DNA of 64,000 nucleotides from Epithemia pelagica (taxonomy: Eukaryota > Protista > Bacillariophyta). Positions 1-11,616 of the stretch are shown one piece after another. The stretch's first letter is position 1; each line of letters begins with the position of its first letter. Where the stretch lies: assembly GCA_946965045.2 (NCBI GenBank), contig OX337233.1, forward strand, positions 1,736,001-1,800,000, given 5' to 3'. Under the pieces are notes generated by a model. The model made no database searches, was not told where the DNA came from, and saw only the letters and a program-made list of their open reading frames with translations. The translations under genes and the position numbers were made by a program.

Positions 1-1254
1 CATTTCTACTGTTGCCTTGAATACTTTGAATCAAAGACCATCTTCAGTGGAAACTTGGAACTGACTGCCTCTTCTTGGTGAAGTGTAGGTGAAACTGGCC
101 ATTTTGTTGTTTGTTGTTGAGCAATATATGCATACCCATTTGAGTTTCTGTCTGAAAAACTTGAGTGCCCCTGTTCTCCTGGGAAAAGATCCTGTTTTAT
201 TGATGAACTTGAAGAAATCCTGATTTAACTCAGTGTATCCTGACAAACACCTGCATTGAATGCATTCATAACCAGAGTGTTTATTTTGGAAATGATGGTT
301 TAGTATAGTTTGGATTTGCTCAGCTTCTGTGATTCAACAAGCAAAGGCATTGTGGTAGAGCTAGTGCTCATCTACCCCAAAATTATAGACACTTTACTCT
401 GCAATTTTTGGTCTGCAAAGGGTTGGGTTTGAACATTTGTCCCTCAATGACCATGTCCAAATGTGAGATTGTTTGATCCTTTTCACAGAACTGTGGAATC
501 ATATGTTTTCAGAGTCCATGACATTCTGGATCAGCATGAAAAAATTGGTGAGTGGGGGATTTTGTGGAGGTTGAATTTCACTGACAGAACTTACATTGGA
601 TTCCATGGATGCCAGTGATATGTCAATTGAACAGAAAGCTTATTTGTGTGGAAGAGTTATTTTTCTGGACTCTGGTTAGGCAAAGACAACTCAATTTGGT
701 GGAAATGGAAGAAGCTACTGGGAGGTCATCAAACACTCTTTTCTTCAGTTGTCATGTTGAGCCGACAATCCTTGGATTGAGCATGTCATTGTGCTCAATG
801 GGGACACTTCTTCTGCTACTGAGGACACTGCTGCTGATGCTGTGGTTCTTCTCAATGACTCATATGAGCATCAGCAATGGTGTGAAGGCTCAAAGCAAGC
901 CAGAGAGGCTTTTGTGGCGCCAGGTGTATCAGAAGCGTCTCAAGCATCACCTCAAGAAGGTAGAACCAACAGCATTGCTGAGACACAAAACACTTCTTCA
1001 CAACAGCAGAATCCTCCGATAGCATCTCCACCCAACCCATTTCCTTTTCCTTCCTTAGTCAATGAAACCACCTCGTCTCTTCTATCACCAGAAACACGAT
1101 CTCAAACTTCTCCTTTTTTAACCAACCAACAATTGTCCATCCTTGATGATCGTATGGACGTGCAGTTCGGCACAGCCGAGAAGCATGGTAACAACTCTTT
1201 GCATGAAATCAATTTCACAATACATGACAGCATCTACGGAAATCCCCAAAAATG

Positions 1255-2083
1255 TCACTATAATTGGTGATCCTGGATCAGGAAAGATTACAGTTGGTTT
1301 ATTTCAGCATGGTACATGGTTTGAATTGCTATTGCAGTTCCCTGTTGGGTGAACGTGTGCGAGAACTTGGAGGCTCCCATCTGCACGTCTTCTTTTGTAT
1401 TCCGGTGCAAAAATCCAACAGTCCTGGACATTTAGCAGACTTGGCACTTTTGACTTTGATGAAAGCTCCATCACGAATTCAATTCCTCCGACAATTAGAT
1501 GTTTTATTGTTGGACAAAATGAGTCAAATGTCAACAGAAATACTCTCAGTACTGGACATTATTCTTTGCAAAATAAGAACATCAACATGTTTTATGGGTG
1601 GTCTTAACAATGGATGTCCTACAGCTCCTACCAATTCATGGACGACCTCCCATTTTGTCATCCCACATGTTTGCCTGTCTCTCTTTTGCAAGATTAATAC
1701 ACAGTGTTCAGGCTGGCTATGATCCAGATTTTTGTCTATTGCAGCAGATCACACGTCTTTTTCCTTCTGAATTTACTGATGAAAAATGTCGACATTTCAT
1801 TTCGTTGTTAATTAAGTCCTGTACTTTTGTTGACTTCTTTGATGATCCTGCAATTCCCAAAACAGCAACTTATATTTTTGGTAGAAAAGCCCCTGGTCAG
1901 ATAATCCATGCGCAAGTGATGACAAAACTCAAAATTGAAAATCGTTACCGGTACAATTGTGCAAAAGATGATGAAGCTCAAACAGAAACTTACTGGATGC
2001 CTGCATCTGATCTTGCTACTTCTTTTCTGAACAGAAATTGCAAAGAACCAGAAGAACTCCTCCATATTACCAAAACATTCTAA
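1255..2083 (+). pseudogene. Degenerate PIF1-family helicase (Helitron-type), frameshifted and truncated
   Basis: Walker A IIGDPGSGK (~1260-1286), Walker B-like LDVLLLDKMSQMS followed by LDIIL..IR..FMGG, then motif III DVLQLLPI, spread over three frames; ends KEPEELL. Confidence 0.65.
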
Positions 2084-2459
2084 ATTTACATTTTCCTTTC
2101 TGACAGACAGCCGAAGCAAGATGTCGTCTCGAGGGAGCAGTAATTTTTAAGGTACTGGTTACATTGATTGCATCGAACATAACCCAACTCACCCGACACA
2201 TGTATTTCGTCGCCAGGGTGACGCGCGACAAAGTGTCTTCGCAACGCCGTGCTGATTCCCGCCTCGTAAGGGCAGAACGGTACCGGGCACGCCGTTGTTG
2301 TTTATTTGGATGGCTTTCAAACGACATAGTTCCACTGACAAAATACACTGCATGGTCTGGTACCGATTCTGGTACCTTGGTTTCCGAACTGAAATAAGTA
2401 TAAGGACTTCCTGCTTTCCTTGGATTAGAAGTTCTCTGTTCTTTCACTCCCTTACTCAT

Positions 2460-4617
2460 CATAGGATTTAACCCATTTCAGGGTGAGACTGGATACTCCT
2501 CATTCAAATTATGAGACAGAGAAACTCCTCTAAATAGATGTCTCAACACCGGTAGTATTGTCAAAGAATTATCAGTCGATGACATTGAGTATCTTGGTGA
2601 CCTCGCTACAGCAAGGGTTCCTTCACTCATCCATCAACATTCCAGAGATGACAATGTAACACCAGGTTTCCAAAACATTCCGAGAGTCTGATTGGTCTAA
2701 CATACCAGACAAATTTAGACCACAAGTCAAGTCCTCTCAGCAACCCTCTGTGCCCACATACTGATCATATTTATCTGGGGTTGTTTCTTCATCGTCATTG
2801 TCAGTGTCCTTTACATGACTGTCAGAAGAGAAACCAATGCTCCAGCATATGCCTACTCCTGTGTGTGCAGCAATGTGCCAGTCTCTCTGTTGTGTTATGC
2901 TGTCCTATTGTGAGAAAAAGACTTAGACAGAGATGTCAACACTTTCTCTGTTGGTCCTTCGTTCATCCCCTGTTGGGACCTCAAAAGGCTCCTCATCTTA
3001 CACCTCATGAGGTACCTAATAATTGTGCTAGAAATCCACATTTTTTATGAGCATAAGTATTGGAACATTGACTAGTATTGACAAGTAATTTTTTCCCCGC
3101 AAGCTTTGGCAATCCCACCTTCATCAACCCTTTGTGGACATCACTGTTCTACTTTGGTGGCTGAAATGTATGGAATTGTTTTAACTAAACCTACTAACCA
3201 ACCTAATCCTTCTACCCAAAAGTTCTGCTACCCAACCTTACAATGCTACCCAATCTACAGATATCCTCAATGCTTCCATGGAAAACTATATAAAGGAAAT
3301 TGACATTCGGCTGTTGAGTCAACTTAGAGGGGAATTAAATTACCACTGTGTTACCGGCATTTGTCCATCACCCTAATACATGAATAAAGATCTCTATTCC
3401 TAGTCATTGATATGAGACTTATGATCAGACGTGAACAGTCCTCCTTCCAATCAATTCCAAAGGTGTCTGCTCCATGTTGATTGGGAGAAAGCTTTGTACA
3501 CGCAACCCCTAAGAAACACGTGCTTGGCTTTGAGTTTCTGAAGGTGCACATTGTGACTGATGGGTACCAAGTCGGTGCACATTCCGTTGATCTTGACTAT
3601 ACGGTTGACAATATTAGACTGTACACTCCTTGGCTTGCAATAGAAATCCATAGAAGCTGTGCTGCCTTGATAAGGACCATTGTGTTAGCACACCTTTTGT
3701 GATATTTTGTCGATACGGCTCTGTGATTAGCAAGTCAATCGCATGTTGGCAGACTTGGCAGACTTGCTCGCGCAAAGTTATGTAGTACTGCCTGTCTGTT
3801 CCACCGCTGACCCCGATGGCTTCGTTCCCCAGTGTACCCTTATTTACGACGTCTCACCTCACTCGGCCGACTCCAACTTGACCTACTGCTTGGACTGGAG
3901 ATCTACCTTCACTCTCCTCTTCACAGCTTCAACCATCCTTTCCCATCAGCATACTAACTCAATGTCGCCCCTGTTCTGACGTTATACACCCAGTTACCTT
4001 CTTCCGCCTCGCCCTGACCACAGTGGTGGAGGATGCCGTTGCACTGGTGGAGCTGGTGGTGGCGGCAGCTCTTCCTCATTACTTGACATTGGATCCTCGT
4101 CATCTTCTTGTACTTCCTACTGCATTTCCTCACCCTCCTGATGCTCTTCTTCTTCCTCAACTTCTTGCTTTTTTGTTTGGTGATTGCTTGGCATCTTGTT
4201 CCTGTGTCTCGTCTGTTTTTCTTGCTGCTTGTTGGATACTGCGCTGCACCTCACATTTCTCATAAGGGCCAAAATCATGCTGTTGCAAAGAGAGATGCCA
4301 TTTGTTCCCTTGGGCTCCACAGCAGGGCTTTCAGCACGAGTCATTTGATTGTTGAGTCGAATTCGGCACCAAGTTTTTTGGGTGATTGAGATTCTGTTGA
4401 TTGGGGTTTTGGTTTGGAGAGGTCTTTCCAGTCTTTGACCGACCTTGGACTCCTTCCTTTGGATTGATATTCCCTTGGGGAAGATTGGTTGCACCACAGC
4501 AGGGCTTTGAGCACGAGTCATTTGATTGTTGAGTCGAATTTGGCACCAAGTTTTTTGGGTGATTGAGATTCTATTGATTGGGGTTGGCAAAGTGAGAATC
4601 GAGTTTGATTGTTGCAT
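2460..4617 (-). mobile_element. Highly degenerate Ty1/Copia (CoDi-like) retrotransposon remnant
   Basis: Manual minus-strand translation gives gag-tail-like YKKMTRIQ, integrase-lead-like KAAQ...ASQGV, and DDEETTPDKYDQYVG / NVLETWCYIV, which parallel DAYTPEELDEYL / PILDTRYYDV of the Copia at 32.7 kb. Many stops. Confidence 0.45.
4318..4585. repeat. ~90-bp direct repeat, two copies (4318-4407, 4495-4585)
   Basis: cacagcagggcttt(c/g)agcacgagtcatttgattgttgagtcgaatt... repeated at 177-bp spacing with about 3 mismatches. Confidence 0.9.
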
Positions 4618-4632
4618 GAGCTCGGGATGATC

Positions 4633-4675
4633 GCCATCCCACAGACAGCCTCGATGAGGGGCTGTGTGGGATGGC
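4633..4675. other. GC-rich imperfect hairpin
   Basis: gccatcccac...acagcc-loop-ggctgt...gtgggatggc: 10-bp plus 6-bp stems. Confidence 0.7.
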
Positions 4676-6534
4676 TGGTTGCTTTACCGACATGATGGGG
4701 CCAAGCAGGGACCCGACGGATGGACGATCTCGAGGCGCGCTTCGAACCGATGGGCACACCTGCCTCTGACCCCCAGGGCTGTACTCCGTGCCCAAGCGAC
4801 GACCATAGTAGTCTTGGTGGCAGTCGTGGGGGCTTATTCATCCGTCACGTGTCGCGATACACCTAGCAATTATGTCCGTGTCCTCTCCTCGCTCGCGCTC
4901 CTCTTGTACTCAGAAGACCGTGAAGAACAAATAGGAACGTTTAATGTTTATGACCCGTAGTTCTAAAAATTAACATACTTTTAAACCTATAATGAAATCC
5001 TCCGCAGTGTTTTTTCATCGCTTTTAGATACGGTCATTTGAAAAAGGACCTAAAGTATGAGCCCACACTACTTTGATGGGCCCTTAAAGATTCGGCCCCG
5101 CAAAGGAATGACAACCCAGCAGATAATGGAGCTGCTTCCTGCCGTGGAGAGTACGTGCAAAGTTTGCTTTTTTTACAGAAGAATAAAGATCGAATGGAGT
5201 GCCAGGATACCCCAAAACGCTAGAACCAGATGAGATTCATGGCAGGATTGTGCGAGTGCCACGGTCCATGACCAAGCGGAACAAGGTCGAGACCGGAGGT
5301 GACACTGGTCACGCCCCAGACATGGAAGGAGCTGCTGGTGGTGATGGCAGTCAAACCAGCACTCTTGAGTTCCAAAATCAGGCAGGTCGCTGTGTGATTT
5401 GAATAACAAAAGTCTGAACACTCACCCTACCTGTTGTTTGCTGGTTAGGACAACGAGTCTGAGTTCTTGCGACTCAAACCAATGAATTTGATAAGTAAAG
5501 TCTTTGAAGTCTATGCCTAACACCATGGAGTGTAAGTGGACAGTTATAAACTCCTGAAGAGTGGTGGAGAAAGAATTGACCCAACACAAACACCAGAAAC
5601 ACTGCAATTAGAAGATCAATGCAGAATTAAGTGCTTGTTGGAAGTAACTGCTGGTTTATTCTAAAAGAAAGAATTGTGACTGGTGCTCTATACTCGAGAG
5701 ATTATTTGTATGGTCCTTCCAATTCCAACGGGGCAGTTGGCTGTTAATGTTACCTATATAGTGTGACCTGGACCACATGATGATGAGGACAAGTGTGTAA
5801 CCTTTGTTGAATCAACCTAAACAGTAACTCTGTAAATTTCTTTCTTTTTCATCAAGTGGGCTCTAAATGTTCTCTTACTTCTACACTTATTGTCTTGTTG
5901 TATAGATCAAAGACTTTCAGTTTCAGTTTCTTTGCTGGTCAGTGTCTTCTCTGGTTCTCAAGGGATGGATATTAACCCTTTTCCCAAGGGAGAGTCTTCC
6001 ATGCCAGGAGAGGTGGTGCCAATGATCTTGGAGGCCACAGTTGGAGAAAGATGGCTTCAGTCCGGTTGTGTGCTTGAGCACAAGCTCTGCCTTGTTTCTC
6101 AACAACAAGAAAGTGACAAACGTTCACTAGCTTCCATGTTCCAACATCCGATCACTTGTTAGTTCTTCATAGAGATGAATCAGGGTTGTTTGATCCTGTT
6201 TCCTCTTGTTCTTCCCGTATCAGAATGAGAGATAACAAGTAATATGTCTGCTACTGAATTATCTTGATAGATAACACTGACTTGTATTTTGCCGGGGCTA
6301 CTCTAATGGACAAAACATGGTTGATGAATAGAAACAAATACAAAAAAGGTCTGTTACAGGATGTTATATACTGCAATCAAAATGATTTGGGACCATATGT
6401 TACATTCTTACCAATTTGGATTGACGCAATTTGAGTAGTACTTGTGATGTACATACTAGTAGACAATGTCTCTATGTTCAGGATTGACACAATTGAAATA
6501 TTATTTCTGGGACGAACACTAGTAAGTCATGTTT

Positions 6535-7400
6535 CTATGTTCCTTTCGTTTGCAAACATGCAATTTTGGCTTCCGTCCTTGTCAGAGGAAATATATTGTC
6601 GTTTTTTCCAACAACTGCTGTCTTCAAGTAACAGGAAAGGGTGAACACACATCCCTTCACTAATTTCTTCAAAAGGCAATGATATTTCATTGGGTTGAAA
6701 ATGATAATATCTCCATGTCGCAAGGCTACCACCTGTGCATGCACTGGGAAAACAAAGTAGCATAGAATTTGTTCCAAATCAGCTTCTTCTGGGTCTACCT
6801 TCAGAGCTGGCACAATGGAATATCCAAAATCACAGTCTGTATGTGTCCGAATGCAATGGACGAGAAAAACTGGATCACAGTCTGTATGTACTTGGAGGTA
6901 AACATTCCGTCCGAATGCAATGGATGAGAAAAACTGGGTGGCTCTATGCCCGTCGTCAATCATTGTGATGTCTTGGTGAACAGCCGCATTTCTGAAACCT
7001 GTTAAGTTTGACCAATCAACCCATCGCTCAAAGATATCTTCTAACCGTTGTATAAAACTCACAAGAATCTCCTTCTCTTTGGTGGACATCATGTTAAGCT
7101 TCGACTGTACCAGACTGTACCAGTCCTCTACCCCCTCGGTTAGCATGGATCCCAACGGCAATACTCTTGGAATTTTGGCTTATCCATGCCAAAATGGTTG
7201 ATTTGGGGCCTTTTTCTCCACACTCTTCAACACTTGTAGAACAACATGGACAGCATGGTCTGGCAGCAATCTAAATAGATAGGGAGGTTTAATGAACAAG
7301 GGGGCTTCATTTTTCGTGGCTTCATTTTTTGTTGGACAGAAAATAGAACCACCTCGGACAGTGTTGGTGACCTTCCAATCATGCAATGAAACCAACACAG
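6535..7400 (-). pseudogene. TET/JBP-like 2OG-Fe(II) dioxygenase (transposon-associated type), relic 1
   Basis: SIAFGRNVYLQVHTDCD (HxD), CYFVFP...VALRHGDIIIFNPMKYHC (distal His), SCYLKTAVVG. Upstream frameshifted segment reads KSIAVGIHANRGGRGL. An internal duplication copies HTDCD. Confidence 0.7.
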
Positions 7401-8213
7401 GTTTACCATAGTTTGGTGAACCCTCAGAAAAAATGACTTGAGAATTTCATTGTTCATTGTAAAAACAATGCCAGACTTTTCAAGAATAGAAGCAGCAATG
7501 TGAGCTTCAGCCGGTGAGCTTCAGCCGGAAGAGGCTCCACTGACAACAGCTCTGACTGTTGTTTCCTGGCCTTTTGTTCCATCGTTGCTTTTGCCTTTTA
7601 GTGTTTGCTTGAGCTCCAGCCTGGACAATCCACTTAGCTCCCATTGTCCACAATGAGCTTCATGTTTTGGTTGAACTGAATCAATGAAAAGGAACTGTTA
7701 CACTCGTGCTGCTTCCACTCTCCTTGTTAGAGAATTTCTTCAGCGTTGAACAAATCTCTTCCGATGACAACAGTTTAGTTTGCCCCATCTTAGGAGAGGT
7801 GAGACTGCCCTGACTATGAAAGTCTGGGTCCAAGTGGCCAGTCATTGGAGCTTACCAAACCCAAGTCAATAGCTGGATTTTCAGCTCTGATCCATACAAC
7901 AAGGTGCAAAATTCAATTGAAAAGTGTTTCTGAATGAAGCATCGGTGCATCAAATGGGAATATTCCAGCAACAACAGCGTGAGAAGAACTTTGGAACGGT
8001 GAAGAGCAATTGAAATTCCAACTAACACTAAGAAAGTTATGGACAGTCAAAGATTTGTTGTCTAAGGATGCTTTTTTGTTGCTGTGTGGGTTCTTGCTCT
8101 TGATAGTCAGTCTGACTGTGGAGGACCACCGTAGGAGCATTGGCTCTCCCGAGCAAAAAATCCTGTTCCTTCAAGCATTGAGACAAGGACCGGGGTGGCA
8201 GTTGGAGAGCTGA

Positions 8214-8302
8214 CAAAGCCACCCTATTTGAGAGCAAGCTCTCCCTAGCATGTTGCCAAAGCCACCCTATTTGAAAGCAAGCTCTCCCTAGCATGTTGCC
8301 AA
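8214..8302. repeat. 43-bp tandem duplication
   Basis: caaagccaccctatttga(g/a)agcaagctctccctagcatgttgc x2. Confidence 0.9.
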
Positions 8303-8613
8303 GACAGGCGACCAAATTTGGTGTGACCGCCTCACCTATTTGGAGGGGATATAATGGTGAATGTTGTGTCTTCTTGTACATAGTTCTGACCAAACAAAGT
8401 ATTCAGTGATGTTACCCCCTTGGACATTTTCCATATGGAGGGAAGTGATTTTTTTGAATTGGGGGTGGTTTCAGAATGAATGGTGGTAAAGTTAAGAATA
8501 AATGCTGGAAACTACTAAATTATGTTATAAGAGGTAAATGAAGTCATGCAAAAAACCCTACCGTTCACAATTCCCATCTTTAATGTGATTAAATTAAACT
8601 ATTTTCCTGGCTA

Positions 8614-9406
8614 CTGGAACACTCGGAACTATGTCCTCTTCGGCGTTTTGACCACATAGCTAGAGGACACTTGTTGTCTTATGACCACATAGCTAGAAGA
8701 CACTTGTTGTCTTATAGCTATCATAGACTAGGTATCTTGTTGTTAATTTCCTGTTTGTCGAGTCTGTCATTTTCAGGGAGCAGGGCGATACATACAAATC
8801 AGTGTGACATAATTGATTGTTGTACTGAGATCTCTTGTTGTCTTGTTGTCTTTGTCTTGATGTCTTCTTGTCTTCTTGTCTTTGTGTTGTTGTCTTCTTG
8901 TCTCCTTGTCTTCTTGTCTCGTTGTCTTGTTGTCTTGATCATTTTGCGTACAAATAGTGACTGTACGATGGGGGAGGGCAGTTCTCGAGCACGTGCAGAA
9001 TCCACGGTTAGTTATGGATCATCTGGGACCGTGCTTTGGTATATTTATAGTACCTTTGTACCTTTAATATTGTACCGATGTACACTACCATACAACTTGT
9101 CTCTTAGCCTGAAACCATTGCCCTTGAAATGGGAACGGAATGTTTTGTAAGTGGAGTCGTGCATATTGACCGTCGAGAGCGGGACCAACAAATCGATAAT
9201 AATTAGCTAGTGTAGATCTCAGTACAACAATCAATTGTGTCACACTGGTTTGTATGTGTCGGCCCGCTCCCTGAAAATGACAGACTCGACAAACAGGAAA
9301 AAGACAACAAGATACCTAGTCTATGATAGCTATAAGACAACAAGTGTCCTCTAGCTATGTGGTCATAACGCCGAAGAGGACATAGTTCCGGGTGTTCCTG
9401 TTCCAG
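8614..9406. mobile_element. Non-autonomous foldback/MITE element with ~190-220-bp terminal inverted repeats
   Basis: 8614-8833 is the reverse complement of 9214-9406 (ctggaacactcggaactatgtcctcttcggcg ... gtactgagatct). The left arm carries an extra 33-bp tandem copy. The interior has a (ttgtc)-rich tract and no credible ORF. No TSD seen. Confidence 0.85.
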
Positions 9407-10082
9407 ACAGAAAATGAAGAAACTCACCCAAAGAACGTCATAGCACTCAAAATATCCATGGCTGAAAGCTGCAACAGACGGACTTCACATGACTTAATAT
9501 AATTCATGAATGAATCTACTGACAGATAGACTACACATGACAAAACTTTCTTGTACAGGCTAGCTGTTTTCTCTCATGTGAATTTGGTGACACAGCCCAA
9601 AGATACACCACCTAGAAACATAATGCCTCTGCTATCTCAAATCATTACCCGTGAATGCAGGGTGAATCTGTCCTAAAAGGAATGCAAAAGAGACTCAGAT
9701 ATGTTGTAGCACCAACTTTGGTATCCTTGTCTTTGTTAGAATTCTCACCGTCTATGATGGTTTGATTCTACATCTCATCGATTCCCCATGTCACATAGCT
9801 TCATGCTATCGCATCATGCATCATATGAATCGACTCTAACTATTCCAAACCTGTTGCCGCCAAGAACCTAACACACTCATAATCTAACAATATCACCATT
9901 TATCACATCCTTCTTTGTGTCCCGACTATGCTTTTGATAGACTTCGACTTGCTTTCCTCTCTTACCCGTGGAGAGGTATGTATCGGTTCGTGACTACCTG
10001 ATTGTCTGCTCTAACGAGCATCGATGCCCCTACGATTCAGAAAGAATTGTAACAGATTACCAGTCTCAAATCTTATTCCCTT

Positions 10083-10810
10083 GTGTTCGCCAACCGTCAT
10101 CCCGGGCAGGCTGATAGCCTTGTGCAACAGGAACTGATGCCGACACCGAAGGCCTCCAACACATCGGTCAACGTTTCCATCGACAGTTCCAGCAGCAACC
10201 CATTCGAGACTCCAACCCAGCCTCAACCTCCAACCCCCGCGCCGTTACTCCGGCCTGCAAGTCCGCCATGTCCGCTAGTACCTTCTCGATCCCGTCGTAC
10301 CACCCGGTTGATTGCTGATCACATCAAGTACTTCCGTCAGCCAACTTGTGCCACCTTCGACCCCGAGCTCCCCAGATCGAACGCGAGTTCCAATCGGTGA
10401 CCCACATTGTTGACCAAGAAGACATCGAACGTTTGAACGACCAACTTCATCGTTCTCCGAAGCGTCGTTTCATCTTGGCCGCCCTTTCGGGCAACCCTAT
10501 CCGTGCTGTCCACCTTCGCTTCCTAACCTTCGAGCATCCGGCACGGTACTACAATACCATCTATGTCGTGAACGCGATGACTTGCCCTCTGCCTCCTAAC
10601 ATCATACGCCTAGATAACTACGTTGCCTACATCCACGAGGTCCAATACGTCGAGGACCAACATGCAACTATCTACCTTTTGCCTGCCGAGACCGAGAACC
10701 ACTTGGCTGAAGGTGATACCCCTTCCTCTGTTGCTTGTGCTGCCCCATCTGAGTCTGGTACCGACTCTGACTATTCGGAAGAGAGTGAAGCCTTGGAAAC
10801 CGAAGCTTAA
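10083..10810 (+). pseudogene. Unknown ORF, frameshifted (10083-10400 and 10346-10810)
   Basis: Pro/Ser-rich N-terminus overlapping a globular-looking segment (RRFILAAL...YYNTIYVVN...YVAYIHEVQY). No family recognised. Confidence 0.35.
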
Positions 10811-11021
10811 CGCCAATCGCCTTGAGGGCCTGTTAGCACTTTTCGAGCACCTAATGTGCACCTCAATTAGACATAGTCGAGGTGCAAATATCCTCATTTC
10901 GTGCACCTCGCCCTTAACCGGAAATTAGAAGAGCACTTAGTAAGAGTTAAGCCGTGTCATTTTTTCTCATTATCTCATTTCATTCATTGATCGTACTAAA
11001 GGATCTCCTTACCTACATCAT

Positions 11022-11609
11022 GTCGTCTTCTCCTGATCAAGTTGCATCGTCTACATCCAATCCCGAAGCCATCCCTGTCTTTTCTAGTGCCCCCAAATTC
11101 TACAACAAGACTCGCGGTGAATCTGAAGCTGTGGCACTGATCATGGCATCCGACGACGTGTGCATTGTACACAACAATGGAGTTGTATCTCAGCAGCTAG
11201 ACCGTGTTTACGAAACACGGTTCGTGAAGCAGGAGTCCTGTTTCGACAATGATGATCAGGCTGTCTTCGATGCTGTTTCGAAGCATCTCGGACCCAAGCA
11301 CGAAGGACGTCCTGTTTTCTGGCAGCAAGTTTGTTGCGACTGCAAGCAAGATCCTTGTTTGAATTTCCAGCATGGACAATTTATCTATTTTTCACCTGGA
11401 ACGCCGCAACAAGTCGAAAAGAGAAATCCAGTACCAGTTGTACCGTCGCATGTCACGCACTCTTCAAGGCGAGCTTGGCCGTGGCAATCGTCGCCTTCTA
11501 CCAGCCTGCTTGGTCGACATCATTCGTGACATTCTCCCCAATGAAGAGGGTGAAGCGTATGTTGGTTATCGCGCTTAGAATAGGAGTAGATATAAAAGAA
11601 TCTTACTAG
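11022..11609 (+). pseudogene. Small unknown protein with CxxCxxxPC motif, frameshifted near 11385
   Basis: CCDCKQDPC then, in another frame, YRRMSRTLQGELGRGNRRLLPACLVDIIRDILP..YVGY; looks like one conserved small domain. Confidence 0.45.
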
Positions 11610-11616
11610 TACTACG

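Noticed and set aside
500-1270. Upstream ORFs as the Helitron Rep domain
   Set aside because: No HUH or Y2 motifs visible.
4600-4800. HDV-like ribozyme at the 5' end of a non-LTR element (hairpin followed by GGCGAU on the minus strand)
   Set aside because: P1, P1.1 and P3 pairings could not be built, and the downstream sequence looks Copia-like rather than R2-like.
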